64,000 bases of DNA from Paecilomyces variotii (taxonomy: Eukaryota), in assembly GCA_004022145.1 (NCBI GenBank), contig RCNU01000002.1, one strand, 5' to 3'. The notes beneath the pieces were generated by a model. It made no database searches. It was given only the letters and a program-made list of their open reading frames with translations, and was not told where the DNA came from. Positions 40,166 to 52,560 of the stretch are shown piece after piece; the stretch's first letter is position 1, and every line of letters starts with the position of its first letter. A program made the position numbers and the translations under genes.

Positions 40166-41395
40166 ATGGAGGACGGAGCAACTCTAACAAGATGCGACCA
40201 CCTTATCATCGTCTGCTGTCATGCCATTTACATTGGGGGACCTAAACATGGATTCTCAGAAGATGAATGGTACGTATTCCCTGCTTTGCATTTCGCCTGG
40301 TATTTCTTTCTGTTAGTTTCAGTTGCTTAAACATGCTCGCCACTAACTAACTACATGTAAAACCCCTGTTTATATAGGCTGATAGAACCATTCCAAACCG
40401 GGGAAACACCAACTTTTATTAAACACATTGAAGAAGGGATCAGACAACTGCGAAAGTCTCCAACTGGTCTACTTGTCTTTTCTGGGTACGTATCATATCT
40501 GCCAACCTGTATCATTTATCCCGAACAGGCATGTATTAATATCATGGCTAATCTTTTCGTGTTTGAAACTTGTAGAGGGCCTACTAAGAAATCGAAAACG
40601 GATTTGAGCGAAGGAGAGTCTTATCTGGTGAGTAAAAAAACAAACCTAGTCTATCGAGCTTCTTTTCTTTTCTTTTCTTTTCTTTTCTCAGCACCATGAT
40701 CGGAGGTCACATAGGGAGTGAATATAACACTTCTCATTCTTATATTCAGCACTTCCAATTGACATCAGACCCAGAACCTCGCCCGGGAAAATAGCATTTT
40801 CACCAATACCGAAGCATCTGGTCCAGCAACAAGTGTCAATCCTGCGCGTATCATCGCCGAAACTCACGCTACAGATTCGTACCAGAACGTCCTATTCTCC
40901 TTGCTCCGCTTCCGGCTATATACAGGGAGATATCCCGACCGGATAACTGTCGTGTCTCACGAGTTCAAGCGAAGACGGTTTCTAGATTATCACTTTCCTG
41001 CCATTGGATGGATTCCCAGGACGATAGCTGAGAATGCAAGCAGCATGCAGGGATGGGAAGGAGAGGGATGCAGGGTCCATTTCGTAGGGATAAACCCTCC
41101 GCCGGAGATCACATCTCCGGAGTCCTTGGTCGAAGGAGAAGAGAAGAGAGGGGTTGCTTTGTGGGAAAAGGATCTGTATGGGACTGGGCCTAAGCTGGTG
41201 GAGAAGCGTAGGAAGAGAGGCTGGGGAGATGGGATGGAAGATGGGATCTTTGTCAATGTTGGCTTAGAGCCTGTTGTGGAGAGGTTGGTGCGGTGGGATG
41301 GCGGCGCCGAGAAGAACGAATGGTTCAATGAGATTGATCAATTACCGTGGAGTTCATCGGATGATGCCAGTGGGATCAGGAGGGTTCCTGTTTGA
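40166..41395 (+). CDS. Conserved hypothetical protein (DUF218/YOR238W-like), 4 exons
   Basis: [11 protein letters not shown]..., [57 protein letters not shown]; 5' exons missed by the ORF track. Confidence 0.8.
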
Positions 41396-41617
41396 GGCCC
41401 CTATTACCTGTCACATCTACCGTGGAGAAAGGAAATTGAGGAAGAAGAAACCACATAGCGCTTGCTACACCATTTCTGCCTATATTCACATAGGCTCTAT
41501 ATCATAGCCGACGTGATAAAATGGATACCATGCAATATACCAGCGCCCCTTGTCAGAAAGACCCATTCCCCGAAACGCCAGACATCAGATAGCTGTGATA
41601 CTGAACAATTGTGTAGT

Positions 41618-42682
41618 TCAATCCGCCAGTCTATAACTGACTAGTGTATCGACCCTATGGTTATTTGTGCTGAAGCTCCGCAGCTGAACCTTTTCACCGT
41701 TCTTGATCTCCTTCGCATCACTGTCTCCCCACTCGACGGGCACCTCGGAATCCGCATCGGCGTATACGAGGACGTTGAAGGTACAGTCGCCATCTAGCAC
41801 GGGAAGGAAAGTCACGGAGGCGGTAATCTGCCGGAAAATTGCCTGGATCTCGTCTTGAATCTCCTTTTCGGTCTTTTTCTCGGCGGGCTGAGCATCAACG
41901 TCGCTGCATAACAATGGTCAGCCACAGGAGTCATCGGGTAACATAGTCCAGATCCATACCCTGACGAAGCATTCTCCTTGTCCGCGGTCTTGCGAGAGGA
42001 TTTGCTCTGCGCTGCTTTCCCGAATATTTGCACCTGGAGAGTATGTGCCGTTAATTCTTGCCTTGAATCAGAAGACGCATGCACCATGGTGGTTCCGCAC
42101 ATCGAATTGCCATCTCTCAACATGTTCTCCGGTCTCCTTATTTGTAATGACAACAACGAGCTTAGATATTTTCCCTCCAATCATCCACTTGTTCAGCTGT
42201 GACATAATCTTCTTGATGTAGGCTTTGACCTGGTCGTCGGCGGTGACTGGGGATTTCGATCAGTATCGGGGCATTCGAGGACAGCGATTGAGGAACGAAC
42301 CAAGCATGTTGAGGCCATATTTCTTGACACTATAGAAGTCAGTAGGGTAAGACGATACTGAAGAAGGATAGGAAACCCTCACGTTGTAAAATCCTCGGCA
42401 GGGTAAACACCTCGCTGGAATCTAGACGTCGATCAGTGTGTGCGTTATTGGACTCTCAGTCATAGCTGTAACGTACAGTATAGAATTGATTGAATACTCG
42501 AACTAGAAGGTATCAGTGCTGAATCTCTATTTGGGATAAAAAGGTACTGACAAATTCAGAAACGAGCTTCGACGATCCTGTCCTTGGTGAGTTCACCAGC
42601 CTCTAGGAGCTGTAGGGGACATTGAATCCTTACCCTTCAGGGACAGCTTGTGCACCTTTGACTTGTCCTTCTCAGCAGACAT
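41618..42682 (-). CDS. MAD2: Spindle checkpoint HORMA protein Mad2, ~8 short exons
   Basis: LSLKG/SSKLVSEF/FEYSINSIL/FQRGVYPAEDFT/VKKYGLNML...IQAIFRQITASVTFLP...VQLRSFSTNNHRVDTLVSY. Confidence 0.95.
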
Positions 42683-42948
42683 CTTTAATCGCAGTCTTCC
42701 TGATTTCCGCAGACAGGTAATGATTTGTTCCGTGAAAATGGTGGTTGAAGAGCAGAGATCTCGCTTGTTTACCCCGATAGTCGCCCTGGCGATCACTGCT
42801 TAACGCCCGCCGAGGTCTCCACACCAGAGCCAGAGCCGCATCCTGACCCGGAGCCGGAAATTTTTAGAGGCTCATGCCAGCACCGCGAACAAGATCCCAG
42901 GTCTAGATCCCATAATTGTGGTCGATCCTGATCAATGCAGATACCCAG

Positions 42949-44987
42949 ATGCGAGGATGTCTGCAGTTAGCCAGGTGGCTGGGCACCGCTGCGGCGAGAC
43001 GTCCGGCTGCGAGCCTGCTCAAGCCGACCTTTACTCATGATGGCCGCCGATTCTTCGCCAGCTCCGCGGCACGATATGCACAAGCAAGTAAGACCGTTTC
43101 CGATTTGGAGAAGAGGATCGCCGCGATACCTCTCGAACGGTACCGCAATTTCTGCATCGTCGCCCACGTCGACCATGGCAAGAGCACGTTGTCCGATCGA
43201 TTGCTGGAGTTGACGGGCACGATACAGCCGGGATCAAATAAGCAGGTTCTCGACAAGCTTGATGTGGAGCGAGAAAGGGGTATTACAGTCAAAGCGCAGA
43301 CGTGTACAATGATATACAATCACAATGGAGAGGATTATCTGTTGCACCTGGTCGATACGCCCGGACATGTCGACTTTCGCGCCGAAGTGTCACGAAGTTA
43401 TGCTAGTTGCGGAGGAGCTCTGCTTCTCGTGGATGCCAGCCAAGGTGTCCAGGCGCAAACGGTTGCTAACTTCTACCTGGCCTTCGCTCAGGGACTGGAG
43501 CTGATACCGGTTATCAATAAAGTCGATTTGCCCTCAGCAGACCCCGAACGAGCTCTGGAGCAAATGAGAACATCGTTTGAAATTGAGACAGACAACGCCG
43601 TGCGGGTTTCAGCAAAGACTGGACTAAATGTCTCTGAAATCCTGCCGACAGTTATCGAGAAGATCCCAGCGTATGTCGTTCCGCCCGTATAGGTTCGGCC
43701 TTCACTAACTGATTGACGAACAGGCCGATCGGTGACAGCAAGCAACCACTCCGCATGCTCTTGGTAGATTCGTGGTACGATACATATAAGGGGGTTATCC
43801 TACTGGTGCGCATATTCGATGGAGAGATCAGAGCTGGCGATCAAATCGTCTCCTTTGCAACGGGTCTCAAATATTTCGTTGGCGAGGTCGGTATTATGTA
43901 TCCAGACCAAACCCCACAGACTACGCTCCGTGCCGGCCAAGTGGGTTATATCTACTTCAATCCCGGTATGAAGCGAAGTAAGGAAGCGAAGATTGGGGAT
44001 ACATTAACCAAAGTTGGCTTCGAGAAGATGATTGAGCCGCTCCCAGGTTTTGAAGAACCACAGGCCATGGTCTTCGTGGCAGCCTATCCGGTTGACGCAG
44101 ACCACTTCCCTCACCTGGAGGACAGCATCAACCAGCTCTTACTCAACGACAGGAGCATAACCGTGCAGAAGGAATCGTCAGAAGCTCTAGGGGCTGGTTT
44201 CAGACTTGGCTTTCTGGGCACCCTGCACTGTTCCGTCTTCGAGGACCGGTTGCGACAGGAGCATGGCGCAAGTATTATTATCACGCCGCCGACTGTGCCT
44301 GTCAAGATCGTCTGGAAAGACGGTAAGGAGGATGTTATCACCAATCCATCCCATTTTCCGGAAGACGATGATCTACGCTTGAAGGTCGCTGAACTTCAAG
44401 AACCCTACGTTCTCGCCACTATCACCTTCCCGGAGGAATATCTAGGTAAGGTGATTGAGCTGTGCGAAGCGAACCGGGGTGTGCAGCAGAGTCTGGAGTT
44501 CTTCACGGCCACCCAAGTCATTTTGAAATACGAACTTCCCCTTTCCCAGCTGGTGGATGATTTCTTTGGCAAGCTCAAGGGATCTACAAAGGGATATGCC
44601 AGCCTGGATTACGAGGACGCTGGCTGGCAGCGGAGTAGCATCGTCAAACTGCAGCTCCTAGTGAATCACGCGCCTGTCGATGCTGTCTCACGGATCGTCC
44701 ACTACAGCCAGGCGGAGAGATTGGGTAAGCAATGGGTTACCAAGTTCAAGGAGCACGTCGACCGCCAGATGTTCGAGGTTGTCATCCAAGCTGCTGTCGG
44801 ACGAAAGATCGTCGCGCGAGAAACCATCAAACCGTTCCGCAAAGACGTGCTTGCAAAGCTGCACGCTAGTGATATTACACGACGAAGGAAGTTGCTGGAG
44901 AAGCAGAAAGAAGGCCGGAAGAAGCTCAAGGCGGTTGGCAACGTTGTCATCGAGCACAAGGCGTTCCAAGCCTTCCTGGCCAAGTAA
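42949..44987 (+). CDS. GUF1: Mitochondrial translation factor Guf1/LepA; one intron at ~43671-43723
   Basis: [71 protein letters not shown]. Confidence 0.96.
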
Positions 44988-45162
44988 GCATTCGCTGCTA
45001 CTTGACCTGATCTGTACAATAGCTGTATATCAGAGCAACGATACATGTATAACATCTATATCAGGATACCCTAACATAACAGAAAGGTGGAGTTCTAGTT
45101 TGAAAGTACCCAACCAACTGAGAGATGCAAAACTCAGCGCCATAGATCCAGAAGCTATGCAG

Positions 45163-45189
45163 TATTATTATTATTATTATTATTATTAT
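45163..45189. repeat. (TAT)9 microsatellite
   Basis: Seen directly. Confidence 0.95.
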
Positions 45190-45542
45190 TCCTGTCAATG
45201 TTCCAGTTAGAAGAAGACACCGCGTGTTGATCATCGCAGAGAGCGGCAGGCGGTGGCGCTGCCGGAGATGCGGGAGCTGCGCGGCAGAAAAAAGTTTAGC
45301 CAACCCCGCCGCGACTATTGATGATTAATGGGATATGACTCTTCACACTCAAACCCTCAACTCTCTCTCTCTCTCTTTCTTTGCCGCTTTGGGACTACTT
45401 GGTTGCGATATCAACGTTTCCTTAGCCGAATCTCGTTTCTGCAGCGCCCCCTGTTGGCAGTGTTCTCAGCAACAACACCTGCCCGACGCCATAGTCGTCT
45501 CTCAACTTCAACTTCTGCCATGCTCTGCCCGTGACTACAGCG

Positions 45543-48500
45543 ATGCAGCCTCCGGAAGCTGTGCAGGTCGACCTGGGCAAGGCCCAGGTCATCGATCGCG
45601 TTCCTAAAGTGATCAAGGAACTGAAATTTGGTGTTATGTATGTGTATCCTGGCTTCGTTGGTCTTCTGTGTTCGGCAATCTGACAGTTACTGACATGCAC
45701 GTGCGATAATTTAGGTCCAACGATGACATCGTCAGCCAAGCCGTTGTTGAAGTCTCGGATCGCAAGCTGTTCGACTTGGAACATGATAGAGCTGTCGTGA
45801 AGAATGGTCCTCTCGACGGGCGCATGGGTATATCGAACAAGTCCGGCACCTGCGACACCTGCGGTGGCGCTCTTCAAGTTTGCAACGGGCATTTCGGCCA
45901 TGTCAGATTGGTATTGCCAGCTTTCCACGTTGGTTACTTCAAGCGCGTCATTAGTATTTTGCAGGAGATCTGCAAGGTAGATAAGCCTCTTATTCCGGCT
46001 GTCTTTGACCTCTTACTGACATCTCTAGGAATGCTCTCGAATTCTTCTCCCTGAAGCGGAGCGCCGCTCATACCTTCGCGAGCTCCGACGCCCTGGACTC
46101 GATAACCTACGTCGAATGCAGATTGCCAAAAGGATCAATGAGCGGTGCCGAAAGACCCGAGTCTGCGAAGGATGTGGCGCCATCAACGGTGTGGTGAAGA
46201 AGGCCGGTACCAGCGCTCTCAAAATCACCCACGACAAATTCCGCGCTTTCAATGCATCCACGTCTGTGAAGAAGATCCCGCCTCCCAGCAAGATTGTCTT
46301 CGATCGCTCCTTCGAGGAGGCCAGGAACTCTAACCCGGAAGTCGACAAGCATGTGAAGAAGGCCCAAGACGACCTTAATGCTCTTCGAGTTCTGAACCTA
46401 TTCAAGGAGATCACTGATAGTGATTGTGAGCTCTTGGGTCTGAACCCGAAAGAAGCACGCCCTGAAATGTTCTTGTGGCAGTTCATTCCCGCACCACCGG
46501 TTTGCATTCGTCCATCGGTTGGCCAGGAGGCTGCTTCGACTGAAGATGATCTTACTGCTAAATTAGGTGATATTGTCCAGAGCAATATCAACCTGAAAAA
46601 CGCACTATTGAAGGGCGCACCTGTTCAAACGATCATGGAATGCTGGGATTACATGCAACTGCAGATAGCTGTGTATATTAACAGCGACGTTCCAGGTCTG
46701 AACAAAGCTGATTTCGGAAAGCCCATCCGTGGATTCTGTCAAAGACTCAAGGGAAAACAGGGTCGATTCCGTGGAAATTTGTCGGGAAAACGTGTTGACT
46801 TTTCTGGGAGAACTGTCATTTCTCCTGATCCGAACTTGCGCGTAGATGAAGTCGCCGTTCCGATCCTTGTGGCAAAAAACATGACCTATCCTGAGGCAGT
46901 CACCAGGTATAACAAAGAGAAACTGCAGCAAAGAGTCAGGAATGGTACCAAACATTGGCCTGGAGCAAATTACCTCGTCAAAAAGGGAACAAGCTTCAAG
47001 ATGTTCCTGAAGTACGGTAACCTTAATATGATGGCAGATCAGTTGCAGGAGGGAGACATTGTTGAGAGACATATCGAAGATGGAGATATCGTCCTCTTCA
47101 ACCGCCAGCCGTCTCTACACAAGTTGAGTATTCTCTCTCACTTCGCCAAAGTTCGCCCGCACCGAACTTTCCGTCTCAACGAGTGTGTTTGCAATCCTTA
47201 TAACGCGGATTTCGACGGAGACGAGATGAACCTCCATGTCCCCCAGACGGAGGAGGCTAGAGCAGAGGCCATGGAACTGATGGGTGTGAAGAACAACCTG
47301 GCTACGCCCAAGAACGGCGAACCCATCATTGGTGCTATCCAAGATTTCATCAGTGCGGCATACGTCCTGAGTAGCAAGGAGAGATTTTTCAATCGGAAAG
47401 ACTTCACGCAAGTCTGCCTCTACATGCTGGGCCCCGAAGTCCGGTTCGACCTACCTCCGCCTGCGATACTCAAGCCACAGATGCTTTGGACTGGTAAGCA
47501 AGTCTTCAACATTCTGATGCATCCGAATAAGGATGACCCTGTTCTTGTCAACTTCGATGCCCCCTGTCGAGAATTCAAGCAACCCAAGGGTAATACACCC
47601 CGTGATCTCGACCCTAATGATGGCTGGCTGGTTATCCGTAACTCGGAAATAATGTGCGGTGTTATGGACAAATCCACCATCGGTTCGGGAAAGAAAGATA
47701 ACGTCTTCTATATCATGTTGAGAGATTACGGCCCCGCTGCAGCAGCAGAAGGTATGAACCGTCTCTCGAAATTGTCTGCTAGATGGTTCACAAATATGGG
47801 TTTCTCAATTGGTATTACCGATGTTTATCCAAGTGAGAAACTGCTACAGTCAAAGGCAAAGCTTGTCGAGAGTGCCTACGCCACCTCCGATGAGGTCATT
47901 GCCAAATTCAAAGCCGGTACTCTCGAGAAATCACCAGGTCTCGATGAGTCGCAGACTATGGAACAGCAGATCTCCGGTATCCTGTCCAAGGTTCGTGGAC
48001 AGGCTGGAGAGGAATGTATCTCCCAGCTGAGCAAATGGAACTCGCCCCTAATCATGGCCACTTCTGGCTCCAAGGGTTCGAGTATCAACGTCGCTCAGAT
48101 GGTTGCCCTTGTGGGTCAACAGATTATTGCGGGTCAGCGTGTCCAGGATGGTTTCCAGGACCGAACGTTGCCTCACTTTCCGAAGAATGCTCGTCAACCT
48201 TTATCGAAGGGTTTCGTTAGTAACAGTTTCTTCTCTGGACTGACACCTACTGAGTTCTTCTTCCACGCTATCTCTGGACGTGAAGGTCTTATCGATACCG
48301 CCGTCAAGACCGCAGAAACAGGATACATGTCTCGCCGTTTGATGAAGTCTCTTGAAGATCTCTCTTGTCGCTATGATGACACGGTCCGAAACTCGTCCGC
48401 CAGTATCGTGCAGTTCCAATACGGTGACGACAAGCTAGATCCCGTCGACATGGAAGCCAAGGCCAAGCCTGTGCACTTCGACCGGACCTTCATCCACGCT

Positions 48501-50024
48501 GAATCAACCACGTACAAAAACGATGAGCGCAGCTTGCTTCCGGACGAGATCATGAACGTATGCAGCGAAATGCTGGCGCCGGAGAGAGCGAAGCTCGTAC
48601 GAAAGGATCTCCTCGGAAATGAACTTGACTATAAGGACACGAGTGACAATGGTGTCGATCAGTTCGAGAGCGCTCGCGAGTTCCTGGATTCTATTGAGCA
48701 TTATGTACAACTTAAGGCTAACCGTCTGGAGTCCCGGGCTGGAGACGCCAATGCATCTGATGAGGACAGTAAAAAGGGTCTTAACCATACCGGAAAGTTG
48801 ACGGAGAGAACACTGAGGGCTTTCATCACTTCATGTTTGACCAAGTACAAGAAGGCTCAAGTGGAACCTGGTCACGCCGTGGGTGCAGTCGGTGCACAGT
48901 CTATTGGTGAACCTGGAACGCAGATGACGTTGAAGACCTTCCACTTTGCTGGTGTTGCCGGTATGAGTATCACACAGGGTGTTCCCCGTATCAAGGAAAT
49001 CATCAACGCTTCCAAGGAGATCAGTACTCCAGTCATATCCTGTGAATTGGTCACCAAGGACAGTATCATCGCAGCCCGAATTGTCAAGGGTAGGATCGAG
49101 AAGACCTATCTTCGCGACATCATTCACTATATCAAGGAGACGTGGACTGGCAAGGAAGCTTACATCACTGTCAAGATCAACTGGAAGACGATAAGTGACT
49201 TGGCTCTTGAGCTCACTATCAGGGACATCGTCGAGGCCATCAAGAGGAACAAGCGTTTCAAGTCCGAGGACATCAAGTTCCGTCAGTCGAGATCTCACAT
49301 TCATGTGCACGTCGACCAGGATCCGAATAGCAAGATCTCTCTGTCGAAGACAGAAATTGCTGCGACAAGCGCGGACCCATTCCTTCGCTTGAAGCACCTG
49401 AAGCGTCTCCTGCCAGATATTCAGGTGCTCGGTCACCCTCAGGCTGCCCGTGCCATTATCAGCACAGACGATATTAAGGGGACCAACAGGCTCCTTGTCG
49501 AAGGTTACGGTCTCCGTCAGTGTATGACCACTGATGGTGTGGAAGGCCATCGCACTGTCACGAACAACATCATGGAAATGAAGGATGTCCTGGGTATCGA
49601 GGCCGCTCGTACGACCATCGCCAAGGAAATCAGCGACGTCATGGGCGATATGGGTATTGATCCCCGTCACATGCAGCTTCTTGCCGATGTCATGACCTAC
49701 AAGGGAGAAGTGCTGGGTATCACTCGATTTGGTCTTGCTAAGATGCGCGACTCCGTCCTGCAACTGGCTTCGTTCGAGAAGACTGCCGACCACCTCTTCG
49801 ATGCGGGTGGTGCGGGCCGTACCGATCTCGTCGAGGGTGTCTCGGAGTGTATCATCATGGGCAAGTCCATCTCCCTTGGTACCGGCGCAATGGAAGTTGT
49901 CCGCAAATTGAACTTCTACGAAGGCCAGATTGGGCCCAAGAAGACAATCTTCGAAGACTCTTGGTCTGAAATCTACGACGCACCGCTTGAGGCCCGCAAA
50001 ACCAAACGAAGAAAGAGAGTCTAG
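45543..50024 (+). CDS. RPC1: RNA polymerase III largest subunit; exons ~45543-45637, 45715-45976, 46029-50024
   Basis: CNGHFGH, RGFCQRLKGKQGRFRGNLSGKRVDFSGR, NECVCNPYNADFDGDEMN, GEPGTQMTLKTFHFAG; no heptad CTD. Confidence 0.97.
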
Positions 50025-51154
50025 ACGCATCTTACTTCCCACGACATTTGAGCGGATCAGTGAGCCATATTTCCTGATGCCCAAAGAAAAGCAGTTGTAT
50101 TTATACCTGTATGATGGCCACACCATCACTGCAGAAGAGCCAAAAAACATGGTCACAAAAAAGGCGAGAAGGGACACAAAATTTCAAATGGAAGCATCGT
50201 CTCTGGGCGTCTTGTTCTTTCTTTTTTATATAATTGGAGGGTATCTCTGCATATTCAGCGGTAGCGGGTCTATTTTCTGGTGATTTTTTTCTTCTTTACT
50301 TCTCTCCCATTCTGGATATTCCTAACGTTCCATACAACATCATCGGTCGTCATGTATATACCATTGTATGCCTAGATGTATGTGTATGTAATCGGAGACG
50401 GAATAAAAAAATAAACAAGAGCAAAACAGATCTCGCAATGAATGAATGAGCTTACAGATGAAATGGATAGAAATAGAATGAAAACATAAACCCAGCTGTA
50501 TTCACGGTTGGTAATAGCTTAATTATCCTGTTTGCCGTATAGTAGAAGAAAACAACATTGGATCGATCGGTTCCCTCTCTTTTAGTTTGTCCATATTTAT
50601 CTCAGATGCTCTCTCTATAGCTATATCGAACGTTCTTGATGCTTCTGGGCTGTGGACTACTTGGAGACGACAAAATGAGATGGGTAAAATTAATGTCGCG
50701 GCAGGGCGATAATAAAGAAAGGCTTCAAGACATGTCAAAGCCGTAGGGGTCGGTAGAGGGATTAGAGGGATTGATTGGAACAAATTCGCTGAAAATGAGA
50801 TTGGTGAATTTGCATGTAATTTAAATTTGTCTCCATTGAAAAAGAATAAACAATGTCTGATATCGCTACAACAACAGAAGACAATGGGAATATAAGAAAA
50901 AGGAAAAGATGAAACCCAAAAAGGTCAGGCTCATACACTATCGGGAATAAAACAGGATCCCTCCTTAGAAAAGGCCTGGTAATCCATTCGCCCAAGCCAC
51001 AAATAAGCGCCGATTGTGTCAACTGCGTCTTCTCCTCGCAGAGACGATTTCTCCCGGAGAATAAAAAGAAAAGGATGATAAAATACACGCAGTTAAAGCC
51101 AGGGTGGAAATGGAACGAGAGAAAGGAAGCCCATTGGAAACAACGTCGTCATAT

Positions 51155-52560
51155 CTACGAAGACTTCACTTCGTTTGAATCAGCGAAAGGGCTCGTGTTT
51201 CTTAGTGACGATGACCGAGAGTGTGAGCTCCCTCGCTCTGACTTGGAATCTCTGGCTGCGTTCGTCAAAGCTTCCTCTAGGAGGCGAGTCGATCCGACAC
51301 TGCTCCTCTGACGGTGAGTGCCTTTCCCATCCAGACTATTTCGAGACGTCGAAACCGCTGTGTTGATAGCGGGGCCAGATCCTGACGTCGCGTGCGTATC
51401 CGCGAAAGGACTGTCAGGGGAAGTGTCAGCGACAGATTGTCGGACACTCTTGCGCGTCGGCCCAGCGGAATCCTCCTCGTCCGAAGACTCATCGTCGAAT
51501 GTTGAAGTGCCTCCTTCACTGGGCTGATTAGCGGAGGACTCGGGTTGTCCCTTAGCACTAGACTGAGGAGAATTTGACGAGGCGCTGTCCTTCAGGGGCG
51601 AAACCTTTCGGACATTGACCGGTTTGGCAGTAACCGTACGCGCCACGATCGGACTACTCGAAGTTTCAACGACTCCAGCCTTGGCCAATTGCGCTGTAGT
51701 TATCGCAGGAACTTCAGGGGCATCCATGCCAGGCTGTGGACTCCGCGGTGGCGTTTGAGAGGGTATGCTGCCTGCGGACTTGACGCTGACCATGGCAGCC
51801 TTAGTTCGGACGATCTGTTGAGCAGGAACGGGGCTGACGATAGCATTGCTGCGATAGATGGTAGTAGCAACACTACTGCGTGCCAGGCTGGGCGCGAGAC
51901 TACGACGCTCGTTCTCAGACATGCCTGACCAGGATGAGTCACGTAGATCACTGGGCATGAAGAAGTGCTGATCCGCAGAAGCGCCTGGCAGCGGCGGAAC
52001 CGGTGGCACCAATGTCCCCGGCGTGTCTGGAGGCGACCGGTTGGTGACGCCAGGAATATATGCAATCTGAATGACGTTTGATGCGCGCGTGAAGACTGTC
52101 GAGGCAATTGAGGCCACCGATCTTCGCGCCTGCATTGGTTGCCGGTTGTCTGCGGTTGCGAAGTTCTTTTCGAAAGCCTCCTCTTCCTTGCGCTTCTTGC
52201 GGATGACGAACCACCAGAAAAGAAACACGCCAATGGCAATGACTGCAATACCTCCAATAACTCCACCGGCAATGGCGCCTGCATTGCTTCCGCCCCCCGA
52301 ACCGCTGGAACCAGAGTCTGAGCTGCCGTTATCGACAGGGGTGCAGGTCATCGCCGCGCAACGGTCGCAAGTCTGCGCGATCATGGTACAGGCTTCGTTC
52401 TTCGCACATGGCGGGCAAGAGAGGCTTGTAGTAGGACATAGTACGCAACGTTTGAAGATTGAACGTGCAGCTGAGAATTGGGAGTCTAGTAAATGACTTT
52501 CATCAGAAATCTGTCGCAACGAACCGGCGAGACTGTTCACCTACCGTCAGAGAAAGACAT
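51155..52560 (-). CDS. OPY2: Opy2-like membrane anchor protein (short first exon MSFSD, then intron)
   Basis: Cys-rich CVLC...CPPCAKNEACTMIAQTCDRCAAMTC, GAIAGGVIGG TM helix, RASNVIQIAYIPGV motif. Confidence 0.9.

Noticed and set aside
48831-50177. 448-aa antisense ORF over RPC1, and similar shadow ORFs over SLY1, TOM70, UPS1 and GUF1
   Set aside because: Explained by codon bias of the sense genes; no domain signatures
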